From: Malacoraja senta
Lineage: Eukaryota
DNA length: 64,000 nt
Reading direction: 5' to 3'
Assembly: GCA_038087875.1 (NCBI GenBank)
Contig: JAXLNO010003982.1
Location: forward strand, 124,001-188,000
In this document: positions 10,521 to 23,383 of the stretch, in pieces
Position numbering within the stretch: position 1 is the stretch's first letter
How the letters are laid out: every line of letters begins with the position of its first letter
Notes under the pieces: model-generated
The model's database searches: none
Seen by the model: only the letters and a program-made list of their open reading frames with translations
What the model was told of the DNA's origin: nothing
Translations under genes and position numbers: made by a program

Positions 10521-13344
10521 TACAGTTTACGGATTGGGTTTTATGGTAGGGATTATATTGGTGTTTTAAGGACAACAATTACAAAATCATATTTCACATA
10601 GCATCTTACAGCCGAATAGATGTTTCTCAAAGTATAATGATTTTACAATTCAGAATGCAGTCAATTCCACAAACTGCAGTGTTAGATAAACCAGAAGTCT
10701 ACTTTACTGTGTAGGAAGGAACTGCAGATGCTTGTTTTACTGTAGGCAGATGCAAAAAGCTGGAGTAACTCAGCGGGTCAGGCAGCATTTCTGGGGGAAA
10801 GGAATAGGTGACATTTCGGGAAGGGTCTCAACACAAATCGTCACCTTTTCCTTTTTCCCAGAAGTGCTGCCTGACCTGCTGAGTTACTCCATCTTTTTAT
10901 AAGCATAGAAAATAGGTGCATGAGGAGGCCCTTCGGCCCTTCGAGCCAGCACTGCCATTCATGGTGATCATGGCTGATCGTCCCCAATCAATGCCTGCCT
11001 TCTCCCCATATCCCTTGATTCCACCAGCCTCTAGAGCTCTATCTAACATTTTTGTGTCTGTCTTTAGTCCACTTTACTGTTATTGCTTAAGTAATAAAAA
11101 TTGGACAATGCATGTGTAATAATTTCCCAGCCCTTATTTGAGGTAATACCATGCGTCTTTTTTTTCAGCTGGGAGGAGAGACATGAGCTCAGTTTAAAGT
11201 TGTGTCTAGGTGTAAATGTGCAGCTCAGTCTCAACATCAGTGCAGAAATCTCTCATTGAGCCTTCTGTTAATACATGGCCCTTTACACCATGTCCCACTC
11301 ACCTGAAAACTATGCTCTCCATTACTTTATATTTACACCCTGTGGAAAAGATTCTGACTCTCTATCCCATCTATGCCTCTCATAGTTTTATATACTTTTA
11401 TCAACCTCCAGCATTCTAGCGATTACAATCTAAGTCTGTCCAACCTCTCCTTCCAGCTAATATCTAATCTGTGCATCATTCTGGCAAACCACCTCTGCAC
11501 AAATTCCATGCTTCCAAATTCATCCTGCATTGGGGCAACCAGAAATGCCGATAATATTCTAAAAGTGGCCTATCTGAAGTTCTATTCTCCGACCAGTCTG
11601 ACTGTCCCCCTGATTAAAAATTATCTATGTATGCTTCGTTCACACCTACTCCTGGCTAATAATGATCTATTCTACATTTTCCTTGAACTACATCTCATTT
11701 GATGTCATTCTTTCATACCTTACACTTCCTTATCTCCATGTCTCCCTTTCCTCTTCAGCCTGAAGGGACTCAACCAGAAATGTCAGCCATTCCTTCTATC
11801 CAGAGATGCTGCCTGTCCCACTGAGTTACTCCAGCATTTTGTGTCTATCTTTGAAGTTCCATAAAGCAGCATATGACTTCCTGACTCTTATACTCAATGC
11901 TATGAATAGTGTCTTTACCACTCTGGCTTTCAATTGATTGAAGGCGGAAAGGAGCCAAAGAATTATATAGCAAAAAATCTCTGTGGTGGGACTGGAACAG
12001 AATGTTTTTTTTTAAAGCAAAAAAATCAAGGATATTGTTCAATAAAAAAGTAAAATATTTCTTTTCCCGGTATGGCGGGACTAACATATGATGAAAGAAT
12101 GGACTGACTGGGCTTATATTCACTGGAATTTAGGATGAGATGGGATCTTATAGACGCATATAAAATTCTTAAGGGATTGGACAGTTAGATGCAGGAAAAA
12201 TGTTCCCGATATTGGGGGGAGTCCAGAACCAGGAGTCACAGTTTACGAGTAAAGGGTAGGCCATTTAGGAATGAGATGAAGAAAAACGCTTTCACCCAGA
12301 TAGTTGTGAATCTGTGGAATTCTCTGCCACAGAAGGCAGTGGAGGCCAATTCACTCGATGTCTTCAAGAGAGAGTTAGATCTTAGGGCTACAGAATCAAG
12401 GGATATGGGGAGAAAGCAGGAACAGGGTATTGATTCTGGATGCTCAGCCATGATCATATTGAATGACGGTGCTGGCTTGAAGGCCATAATTTTCTACTCC
12501 TGCACCTGCTTTCTCTGTTTCTATATTGCTGCAGATGGATTGTTAAACGTCCATTCTTTTAAAAGTTCTGCCCCAGTGACTAAAATGCAACAGGTTGTTC
12601 ATGCCGAGGAATTTGAAGTTCTTCACCATTCCCACTTCAGCACTCGCACTTCTACAGTATTGATTCTGACTTCAATGTTTCAATGATTCTTTATTGTCAC
12701 TTATGCACTGCACAGTGAAATTCTTGCTCCCGTCGCCGTAATTTGGCAGTATTTACAAAAGAAAAAGAAAAAGTCCAATGTCCGGTCCGTATGTTGGATT
12801 TACTGGAGCGCCCCCGATCCACGTAAGCTCAGTTAAACCCCAGGCTATTGCCAGGGGGGCCTCCTCCGTCACCCTCGACCAGCTCGGCCAGCCAACAGAC
12901 GTCCCTCTCCTCGCCCAACTGGCTCTGTGTCCCGGGAGGCAACTCCTCTCCTGGAGGTAATACCTCAGTCCCTCTCTTAGCGGCCCATTCCTTGCGTCCG
13001 TCGGCGGCAGCGGCTCCCTCCTCCACGACTCTCCGGGTTTCGGGGCCAAGCTCAGCAGCTTCCACCGGGTTGCTCTTCACACCGGCGAACCAAACCTGCC
13101 GCCACATATGGCTGCAGGCGACCGGCCGAGTCCATCTTCGTTCTCGGCGGCCGCCTGGTCGATTCGTGTTGGGTTCCGTGGGGCGATCCGTGGTCATTTG
13201 CTTCTGCCGCTGCGGTGCATCCCAGAAGCTTATGGCTTGTACACCATCTTCCTTCCAGCAGTCGATAACTAGCTCCTTCAAATTCACCTTGCTGACATTG
13301 AGGGAGAGATTGGAGATTCTGCAATAGAATAGTGAACATATTTA

Positions 13345-13657
13345 GGGGTGGCACAATGGCGCAGCGGTGGAGCTGCTGTCTTACAGCGCCAGAGACCCGG
13401 GTTCGATCCTGACAACGGGTGCTGTCAGTAAGGTGTTTGTACGTTCTCCCCGTGATCACATGGGATTTCTCCGGGAGCTCTGATTTCCTCCCACACTCCA
13501 AAGACATACAGGTTTGTAAGTTATTGTCCTTCGGTAAAAACAATGGTAAATTGTCTCACCTGTGTCGGATGGTGCTGGTTTATGGGGCTCGCTGGTCGGC
13601 GCGGACTCAGTAGGATGAAGGGACTATTTCAGCGCTGTATCTCTAAAACTAAACAAA
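13345..13657 (+). mobile_element. V-SINE (HE1-like)
   Basis: GGTGGCACAATGGCGCAGCGG...GGTTCGATCC head, V-core, TAAAAC tail. Confidence 0.85.
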
Positions 13658-14424
13658 ATGGTCTGATTTTCTTTTTTGTGTTTTTGGAAGGAATTCTGTC
13701 CCTGATTTGTGTATTGGCCTTTATAACTTATTTTTTTAATTCTGATTATATGTTAACCATAAATCTCTGTAAGGTGTCCTTGAGACCTCGGTATAAGGCG
13801 CCCATAAATAAAATTCATTATTATTCCCCGCACTTCCATGTGCCTATCTGAAAGTCTCTTAAATCCTACTATCATATCTGCACTACCACCACCCATACAG
13901 TGCGTTCCACCCCCCCCCCCCCCCCCCCGCCCGCCCACTGTATAAAGAAACATGCCCTCTACTTCTCCATTAAACCTTCCCCTTTTCACTTTCTAGCTCT
14001 GGCCTCTAAAGTTGAGCATTTCCAAACTGGTGAATGGTTCTGACTGTCTACGCCTCTCATAATCTGGAGCAACAAACAAACTGCTGGAGCCTAGGGGAAC
14101 TCAGCGGTCGAGCAGCATCTGTGGGGAGGGAGGAAATTATTGACATTCCGGGATGAGACTCAGCATCAATTTTGTTGTTCCAAATTTGTAATAAAATATC
14201 TGTGGACAGCAACCGCCAGATTACTGTAACTTTGACCACAAGAGGGCACCAGATGCTACAGGGGCAGTGACAACATTGTTATGCACCTCCAGAACAAAGG
14301 AGATATTTTACAAAAAGTTTTGCTTCCTGTCAGTTACGCATCAATTGTCGACATTGTTTAATCCCACTGCAGCATTCACATAATATTTATTAACCACCCT
14401 TTTGCAAGCTATAGCTTACACTGA

Positions 14425-14935
14425 AGATAGACACAAAAAGCTGGAGTAACTCACCTGGTCAGATAGCATCTCTGGAGAAAAGGTGACATTTCGGTTTGAG
14501 ACCCTTCTTCAGACTGCGGAAAGGGAAGGGAGATATAGACGGTGATGTAGAGAGCTATAGATCAAATCAATGAAAGATTTGCACAAAAGTAATGATGATA
14601 AAGAAAACAGGCCATTGTTAGCTGTTTGTTAGGTGAGAAGGGACTTTGAAGCTGGTACGACTTGGGTGGGGGAGGGATGGAGAGAGAGGGAATGCAGGGA
14701 TTACGAAGTCAGAGAACTCAATATTCATACCACTGGTTGTAAGCTGCCCAAGTGAAATATGAGATGCTGTTCCTCTAATTTGCGTTTGGCCTCACTCTGA
14801 CAAAAGAGGAGGCCCAGGACTGAAAGGTCAGTGTGGGAATGGGAAGGGGAAGTAAAGTGTTTGGGAACCGGGAGATCAGGTAGGTCCAGGCGGAATGAGT
14901 GAAGGTGTTCAGTGAAACAATCGGCCAGGCTTATA
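14425..14935 (-). mobile_element. Penelope-like element 3' fragment (GIY-YIG C-terminus plus terminal repeat)
   Basis: Minus-strand translation LPVPKHFTSPSHSHTDLSVLGLL..QSEAKRKLEEQHLIFHLGSLQ, followed by the CTGAAGAAGGGTCTC..CCGAAA terminal repeat. Confidence 0.8.
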
Positions 14936-15875
14936 TCAAGGGCTTATTCAAGTTTTCGTTTTTGGACGGCAGCTTTCTTTTCCAGCTTTCTTCCCCCATA
15001 CTACAATCAGTGTGAAGAATAGTCCCAACTAAAAATGTTGTCTGTCCATTCCCTCCACAGATGCTGCCTGACCTCTTGAGTTTCTCCAGCATTCTCTGTT
15101 ATGCAGTGATAGATCTGTCCCTATCAGTACACACTGCTGTGCCAGGACTAAACTGTACTCATCAGTACCATCTCCCAGTGCTACACAGTGGCTGATGACC
15201 TGTAAAGCACCAACATGCCTTCCCAACTCAGTCCCGTACGAAGCTTTTCAAAAAGGGGGGTGGCATGACAGGATCACAAAAAAGATTGTAATGTGAAATA
15301 ATGTGCGCGCTGTGCATGATTGTAATGTGAAATAATGTGCGCGCTGTGCACATCACGAGCGTGAAGTGTGAAGTCCCTCGATGCCAGGGTCCAGGGGTTT
15401 TAGATGCTCTCTGATGCATTCTGAGCCTTATTTTGGAGCATTTTTGCATCAAATTCATGACCAATATTTCAGAAATTAACAGGAATCTGAGAGGTAGCTT
15501 TTTCACACAAAGGGTGGTGGGTATATGGAACAAGCTGCCAGAGGAGGTAGTTAAGGCTGGGACTATCCTAATGTTTAAGAGACATTTGGACACGTACATG
15601 GATAGGAGAGGTTTACATGGATATGGGCCAGACGCGTGTGAGTGGGACTAGTTTAGATGGGACATGTTGGTCGGTGTGGGCAAGTTGGGCTGAAGGGCCT
15701 GTTTCCACACTGCATCATTCTATGACTAAAAAGTTAAGAAGAAAAATGCATGTAGATAAGTAGAGCAGATTTGAAAGAGGAGTGAAATGTAAAGGTAGAG
15801 ATAGGTTTATGGGTGGAAAGGAACATAGGAAAGGAGAGGGGAGAGTGGGCTTGGGCACATGGCTGAAGGGAAAAT

Positions 15876-16165
15876 AGACACAAAGTGCTGGAGTAACTCA
15901 GCGGGTCAGGCAGCAACTGTGGAGAACATGGATAGGTGACATGTCACAGAGTGCTGGAGTAACTCAGTGGGTCAGGCAGCATCTCTGGAGAACATGGATA
16001 GGTGACATGTCACAGAGCGCTGGAGTAACTCAGTGAGTCAGGCAGCATCTGCGGAGAACATGGATAGGTGACATTTCACAGAGTGCTGGAGCAAATCACT
16101 GGGTCAGGCAGCATCTCTGGAGAAAAGGTATAGATTATATTTCGGGTCAAGACCCTTCTTCAGTT
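15876..16165 (-). repeat. 4 x 66-bp tandem of Penelope terminal-repeat subunit
   Basis: GAGTAACTC anchors at 15891, 15957 and 16023; degenerate fourth anchor at 16089. Confidence 0.85.
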
Positions 16166-17497
16166 ATATTGATGATGTGACATGCATAGACATTCCTGAA
16201 TGTTACCCAAACCATCGTGAGCTACTTTGTGACGGTGCTTGCCCTCTCCTATAACGTCTCTGCTGCCTGGGTGAAGCAGGACAGGACACAAGCTTTGGGA
16301 CACGGTGTGAAGCTGTTGCCGTCTGTCCCAGCCTGGTAAAAACCTGGATGGAGTGGATGTGGAGAGGATGTTTCCACTAGTGGGAGAGTCTAGGACCAGT
16401 GGCCACAGCCTCAGAATTAAAATACATTCCTTTAGGAAGAAGATGAGCAGGAATTTCTTAAGTCAGAAGGTGGTGAACTGTGGAATTCATTGCCACAGAC
16501 AGCTGTGGAGGTCAAGTCAATGGACACTTTTCAGGAGGAGATTGATAGATTCTTGATTGATACAGGTGTCAGAGGTAATGGGGAGAAGGCAGGAGAATGG
16601 GTTTGAGAGGGAAAGATAGATAGTCATAGAGAGATACAGTGTGGAAACAGGCCCTTCGGCCCAGCATGTCCCATCTACACTAGTCCTGTCCACATTTGAT
16701 CCATATCTCTCCGAACATGTCCTATCCATATACCTGTTTAAGTGTTTCTTAAATTTTGCGATAGTCCCTGTCTGTACCTCCTCTGGCAGCTTGTTCCATA
16801 CACCTACCACCCTTTGTGTGAAAAATATACCTGTCAGATTCCTATTAAAGATTTAGCCCTTCACCTTGAACTTATGTCCTCTGCTCCCCGATTCACCTAC
16901 TCTGCGCAAAAGACTCAACCATATCTATTCAAATCATGATTTTATACACCTCTATTAGATCATCCCTCATCCTCCTGTGCTCCATGAAATAGAGTACCAG
17001 CCTACTCAACCTCTCCCTATAGCTTGGCCCTCTAGTCCTGAGGCAACATCCTCGTAAATCTTCACTGTACCCTTTCCAGTTTAATGACATCTTTCCTATT
17101 ACATGGTGCCCAGAACTGAATACAATACTCTAAATGCGGCCTCATCAACTTCTTATACAACTGCAACATGACCTCCCAACTTCTGTACTCAGCCTGACCT
17201 CGCAATATTACTCCAGCACTCAGTTACTCCAGCACTCTGTGAAACGTCACAGAACAGGGCAAGATTAGCAAGTTTGCTGATGATACAGAAGTGAGTGGAT
17301 TTGCAAATAGTGAAAATGGTTGTGAAAGATTGCAGCAGGATCTCGATCAATTAGCCAGGTGGGCAGAGGAATGGTTGATGGTTGCATGGTTCCTTGAAGG
17401 TTGAGTCGCTGGTATATTAGGTGGTCAAAAAATATTTTGGCACTTTGTCCTTCATCAGTCAGAGTATTGAGTAAAGAAGCTTAAAGATGTTAAGGGA

Positions 17498-18309
17498 AAA
17501 AGAGTAGCAAAGTCAAATGTGGGTCCCTTGAAGGCAGACACGGGTGAAATTATTATGGGCAACAAGGAAATGGCAGAAGAGTTGAATAGGTACTTCGGAT
17601 CTGTCTTCACTAAGGAAGACACAAACAATCTCCCAGATGTACTGGAGGACAGAGGATCTAAGGGGGTAGAGGAACTGAAAGAAATTTTCATTAGGCGAGA
17701 AATAGTATTGGGTAGGCTAATGGGACTGAAGGATGATAAATCCCCTGGACCTGATGGTCTGCATCCCAGGGTCCTCAGGGAGGTGGCTCTAGAAATAGTG
17801 GATGCATTGGTGATCATTTTCCAATGTTCAATAGATTCAGGATCAGTTCCTGTGGATTGGAGGATAGCTAATGTTATCCCACTTTTCAAGAAAGGAGCGA
17901 GAGAGAAAACAGGGAATTACAGACCAGTTAGCCTGACTTCGGTGGTGGGAAAGATGCTGGAGTCAATTATTAAAGAGGTAATAATGGGGCATTTGGATAG
18001 CAGTAAAAGGATTAGTCCGTCAACATGGATTTATGAAAGGGAAATCATGCTTGACTAATCTTCTGGAATTTTTTGAGGATGTGACAAGTAAAATGGATGA
18101 AGGGGTGCCAGTGGATGTAGTGTACCTGGACTTTCAGAAAGCATTTGATAAGGTCCCGCACGGGACACTGGTGACTAAAATTAGAGCTCATGGTATTGGG
18201 GGTAAGGTGTTGACATGGATAGAAAATTGGTTGGCAGACCGGAAGCAAAGAGTAGGAGTGAACGGGTCCTTTTCAGAATGGCAGTAAGTGGCGAGTGGAG
18301 TGCCGCAAG
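17498..18309 (+). mobile_element. CR1 LINE fragment (RT N-terminal part), interrupted by hAT
   Basis: ORFs 17519-18058 and 18033-18287 (KSPGPDG, GNYRPVSLTS, YLDFQKAFDKVPH). Continues at 23384. Confidence 0.9.
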
Positions 18310-21300
18310 CAGTGGCGGACTGGGTCTAAAAATATTGGTTGCCAGGAGACAAAGGGGGCCCACCCACAACTACAATGCTATCATTTAATTTTCATAACGA
18401 ATAAATAATATTTTCAAAAAATACATATGGAAAAAAGGGTACAATTTAAAATTTTTGTGAAAAAAATGGTTCTTAGTAATTACAGTGTACATGTACTGTA
18501 CATATTACTGGCAGTAGATACCGAATGTAAATACAGAATGTTATAATTTTTTTTTTTTTTAATTTTAAGTAATTGGTTGATATTTTAAAATAATTTACTG
18601 CACAATTTACACATTAACAGATAGTTGAAAAGCACAATAGAGCATTGCATGCAGTCCACTATATTAAGAGCAATCGTTTGTGTTCGCTAGATGATTGTGC
18701 GAATCTGCCAATAATTGCTTCTGCATCCAATTCATCTAACAATTCCTTTTCAATGGTTAGCAACATGTATGATTCCAAATTCTCCTCAGACAGCGAATTT
18801 CTTAACCTTGTCTTTATGATCTTTAGCTTTGAAAATGTCCTCTCACATTGGACTTGAGTAACTGATAGTGTGCAGATGACTTTATAAAGTTGATAAAGGT
18901 TATCATATGCCTTGTCATGAAGTCTGTTGGATGCCAGAATGTTTAGTACACTCGATGGGCAAGTGCTGCACATTTTACAATTGTTGCAACTGGAATCCAT
19001 ATTCTCACCATCATTAAGCAACTTTAATACATCAAAGTTTGAAGCAAAAGAAAACAATTCCAATATTACTTGATCTTTGCTGATTTGTGGAAACAGCTTA
19101 ATAATACCTTCCAATGCTTCATCTTCAAGGCCCTTCTCTGCAATAGTTTTAAACTTTGCTGGGTCCAAGCAGGACAAATCTTTATACAACTGTTTGTGTT
19201 GTACAAAGCGTGATTCTAGTGACTGGACAATGCGATCCATTATTGGGTTAAACACATTTACTCAAAAATCAGCTAGAGAATCTGAGGAATTTCTTTTATC
19301 ATCAATAAGCTCATCTGCCATTCTTTTCTTCTTCCTCTGCCTCTTAACTGGCAATGCTGTTTCCAACGCAATAATTTCCAATGTTTGATTTTCATCCATA
19401 TTCATCTGTGAAATCCTGTCATTACATTTCTTTACAAATTCCAAAGCCTTGCTGTGAACGTTATTAAATGTTCTTGTCTGTTCCTTCAACTTTGTTGTAG
19501 CTGAATCTACCAAACTCCATGCAGTAAACATATCTAACCCACTTGTCTGTAGATAACTTGATAACGGGTTGTAGTTTCAAATATATACAAGTAAAGAAAT
19601 GCTGTCAATATGGTTTCAAACTTTAGAAGACTTTGAAGTAAAACATTTGCTTCATGTTTTGTTTTTGCATCAAACTTTTCTGAATCTTGTATCATTGATA
19701 ATCATGTCAATAGATTTACGAAAGTACTGGCAGCGGCATCATCAAAACTTCCAAATATAGTTGTTGCTGCATTGGATTTTCCTGACCATCTGGTCTCACC
19801 AATTAGCTTTAATCGTTTCATTTTTTTCTTATCCTAGATGTTTTCCAACAACTTCTATCCATACAGCCATTCTCTTGTATGATGCTTTCACAAAAGTTGC
19901 TCTATTCTGGAGCAAATTGAAAAAAGAAACTGCAGGCTCACAACATTTGTTGTTTCAGTTATCACCAAATTCAAGACATGGGCATAGCACCATTTCACTT
20001 GCACTTTATGTGCAATGTGACGAATAAAACCGTATTGTATTGTATTGTATATGAACATGTTGATCAGCCACATCAGCAATTTTACTTTGTAAACCATTAT
20101 ACTGGCCATAGTAGCTTGCAGCGCCATCTGTGCTATCAGATAAACATTTTTTTTTTGTGATATAAATTTTTATTAGAAGCAAACATATTACAATGTAGAG
20201 TAACATATTATAATAGAAGAAAAAACTTTTCATATACATCAATCACTCATACATTATTAAATTTGTCAATTGTCAGTTATTTCTGCTTCTAGTGTTTTTT
20301 TTTTATATAGATAGAAAAAGAAAAATAGAGAGAAAGAAGAAAGAAAAGAGAGAAAGAAGAATTACAATATCAAAAAAGAAAAAGAGGTGGAATGAATAAC
20401 TTATAATACGTCATAGGAGATAAGTTCGTAGGTTATGAAATATAATTACATCTAATCCTGAGTTCAAGCTTCAGTCGGGCTTTCGCGCTGGGCCACTCTA
20501 TCCCTTCAAATAGGCAATGAATGGAGCCCATATTTTAACAAAAAGTTCTTGCTTGTCCATTAAGACAAGTCTAATTCTTTCTAGATGTAGGGTCTCCGAC
20601 ATTTCCACAATCCACATTTTAATTGTGGGGGTTGTAGGGCCTTTCCAGAATTTTAATATTAATTTTTTCCCTGTTATTATACTGTAGTCAAGGAAGTTTC
20701 TTTGGCTTGTTGTGAGTGTTAAACTTTGTTCTGATATCCCAAGTATTATTAATTTTGAGTCTGGAGCCAATTTGGTATTAACAACTTCAGAGATTATTTG
20801 AAAAATATCAGTCCAGTAATTTTTAATTTTTATACAATTTGCAAAGGTATGTGTTAAATTGGCCTCTAGGTGCAGGCATTTATCACATATAGGAGAAATA
20901 TGTGGGAAAATTCTATTTAGTTTTATTTTGGAGTAATGTAATCTGTGTAAGACTTTAAATTGTATTAAAGCATGTCTGGCATTTAACGAACATTGATGTA
21001 TATGTTGTAAACTTTCGTCCCAAATATCTTTCGTAATAGGATAACCTAACTCATTTTCCCATTTATGTATATATAGTTCCATCGGTGGTTCCTCATTATT
21101 TAGGAGAATGTTATAAATATAAGCTATTAATTTTTCAGTGTTAGGATGCGTATTCAAACATTCATCAAGAATTTCTGGTTCCCTAGTCCTATAAACTTGT
21201 GTATTGGATTTAACATAATCTCTAATTTGTAAATATCTGAAAAAGTTATTTGAGTGTAGTCCATGATTCTGTTGTAACTCTTGAAATGACAGAAAGATGC

Positions 21301-23375
21301 CTTCCCTATAAAGATGTCCAATCCTTTTAATTCCCTGATTTTTCCATTGTATAAAACCTCTATCCAATATGGATGGCTTGAATAGAGGATTATTTACAAT
21401 GGGAAGGCATAGTGGTATATTATTCAGTTTTAAAGCCTTTTTTAATTGTTTCCAAATTCGTATTCCACTATGTATTACAGGGTTTTCCTTATAGGTTTTT
21501 TTATGCAATTTTGTGGTAGCAAATATAATCGAACCTATTTCAAAAGGTAAACAGTCTTCCTTTTCCATCCTTAACCATTCTGGTTGTTGGTCCATTTCTT
21601 CCAGCCAGAAATTCATGTTTTTAATATGGACTGCCCAAAAATAAAATAATAAATTTGGCAAGGCCAAACCTCCGTTGCTCTTTGACTTCCATAAATGTTT
21701 TTTACTTATTCTATGATTCTTATAATCCCAAATAAAGCTTGAAACAATGGAGTCGACTTTTTTGAAAACGTTTTTTGGAATATATATCGGAATTAATTGA
21801 AATAAATATAGTAGTTGCGGTAAGAAAATCATTTTTATAGCATTAATTCTACCAAGCATTGAAATAGGAAGTGTTTTCCAGTACTGAATATGTTTGTGTA
21901 ATTTATTAAGTAAGGATGGAAAATTTTGTTTAAATAAAGAGGTATATGTCTTAGTTACATAGATTCCTAAATATTTAAGTTTATCTTTAACTATTTTAAA
22001 AGGGGATTGTTGTATTGTATTTAAGTTGAATTTTGTTATTGGCATAATTTCACTTTTATTCCAATTAATCCTATATCCTGAGAACTGACCAAATTGTGTT
22101 ATTAGATTTAATAGATTTGGAATACTAGTTTCTAACTTTGTAATATAGTTAAACATAATACAGATAAACATTTTTGGGGGTCAATTTTAAGATGCTGTAA
22201 TGTTTCAATCAATAGATCAAAAAGTCCCTGTCCTGTACCATCATTACTTGGCACAACTGAAAGTAGTCGCTCACAGATAATACCTTTAAGCACATACCGA
22301 ATAATAATTGTGGACGTTTTATACATTTAGCATCAATGAGTCCTGCTGCTGCATCGCTGATGAAACATATTTTATATCCGGTTTATATTTGTTAACCTTG
22401 AGAGATATGCAAGCACTACTAGTTTCATCTGTAAGGCTATTACTTTTACGATACTTAATGTTCATCACTGAGAACAATGATTCACAAGAATATATACATG
22501 AAAAAATCCTGAATATTGATAATACCTCTCACATAGCTTTAACAATAACTTATGTTTAAGCACATATGCTGAAGAACAGGCTTCATTAACTTTTCATATA
22601 ATATTTTCAATGCAGTCACTGATAACCAGATAATTACTATGGATAACTGGAGCCTACCCTGGTGTAACAATTACGTTTTTCTAATATCTAAATTTGAACT
22701 CACATGTAGCTGAATTTGGATATTGTTTACCGATAATTTTTTTTTACGATCCTTGAAAAACTATATAAAAAGAATGGTAAAGGAGCCACGCCACGTCTGG
22801 CCGCCTGGTGAATGATGCAACAAGAAGTTATATGCAACAATGATCTTTTATACATATACAAAAACTAAAAATTAAAAACATCTCTTCAATAAGGGGGGGG
22901 GGGGGGGGCAGGCTGAGGCTTTTCAAGTGTGTGTGACAAAAATACGGACAAATCTTTGATACAAAATTTTCTCACTTGCCAACCGAAATTTTTTGGGAGT
23001 ATATTATATTATTTGGTGTCATTTAAGTATTGGGAGAACCTTTTCAAAGAATTAAAAATCACACTGGAGCGGTAAAATCAGAGAATATTGTAAGTAATTA
23101 TTATAAGATAAGTCCTGTGAGATTGAATGAATGTAAATTTTTGTGACTAATTTTAACTCAAAAGTAGTTCATCCCTGTTGATACTGTGGATATTTTTTTT
23201 AATTAAACTTTCAGTGTAATTCTAGCTGCCAGATACATCTTATTCCTTTTTATTACTAAAACAGTTATCTGTGTTTGTTTGTTTATTGCATTTTTATTTG
23301 ATATAGGGGGGGGGGCACTTCATCAGGGGCCCACTTGCCATCGGGCAAGCTGATACCCTGGCCAGTCCGCCACTG
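18310..23375 (-). mobile_element. hAT (Tip100/ZMYM1-like) DNA transposon, degenerate transposase
   Basis: Perfect 14-bp TIRs CAGTGGCGGACTGG / CCAGTCCGCCACTG and 8-bp TSD GCCGCAAG. Transposase C-terminus TLSVTQVQCERTFSKLKIIKTRLRNSLSEENL at 18659-19255; DGAAS and WCYAHVLNL motifs. Confidence 0.92.
20152..22160 (-). mobile_element. 5'-truncated L1-clade LINE inserted in the hAT transposase
   Basis: Uninterrupted 557-aa ORF2 C-terminus (SGYRINWNKSEI, KYLGI, CxxC...HxFxxC), A-rich tail, 15-bp TSD CAGATAAACATTTTT (20137-20151 and 22161-22175). Confidence 0.92.
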
Positions 23376-23383
23376 GCCGCAAG

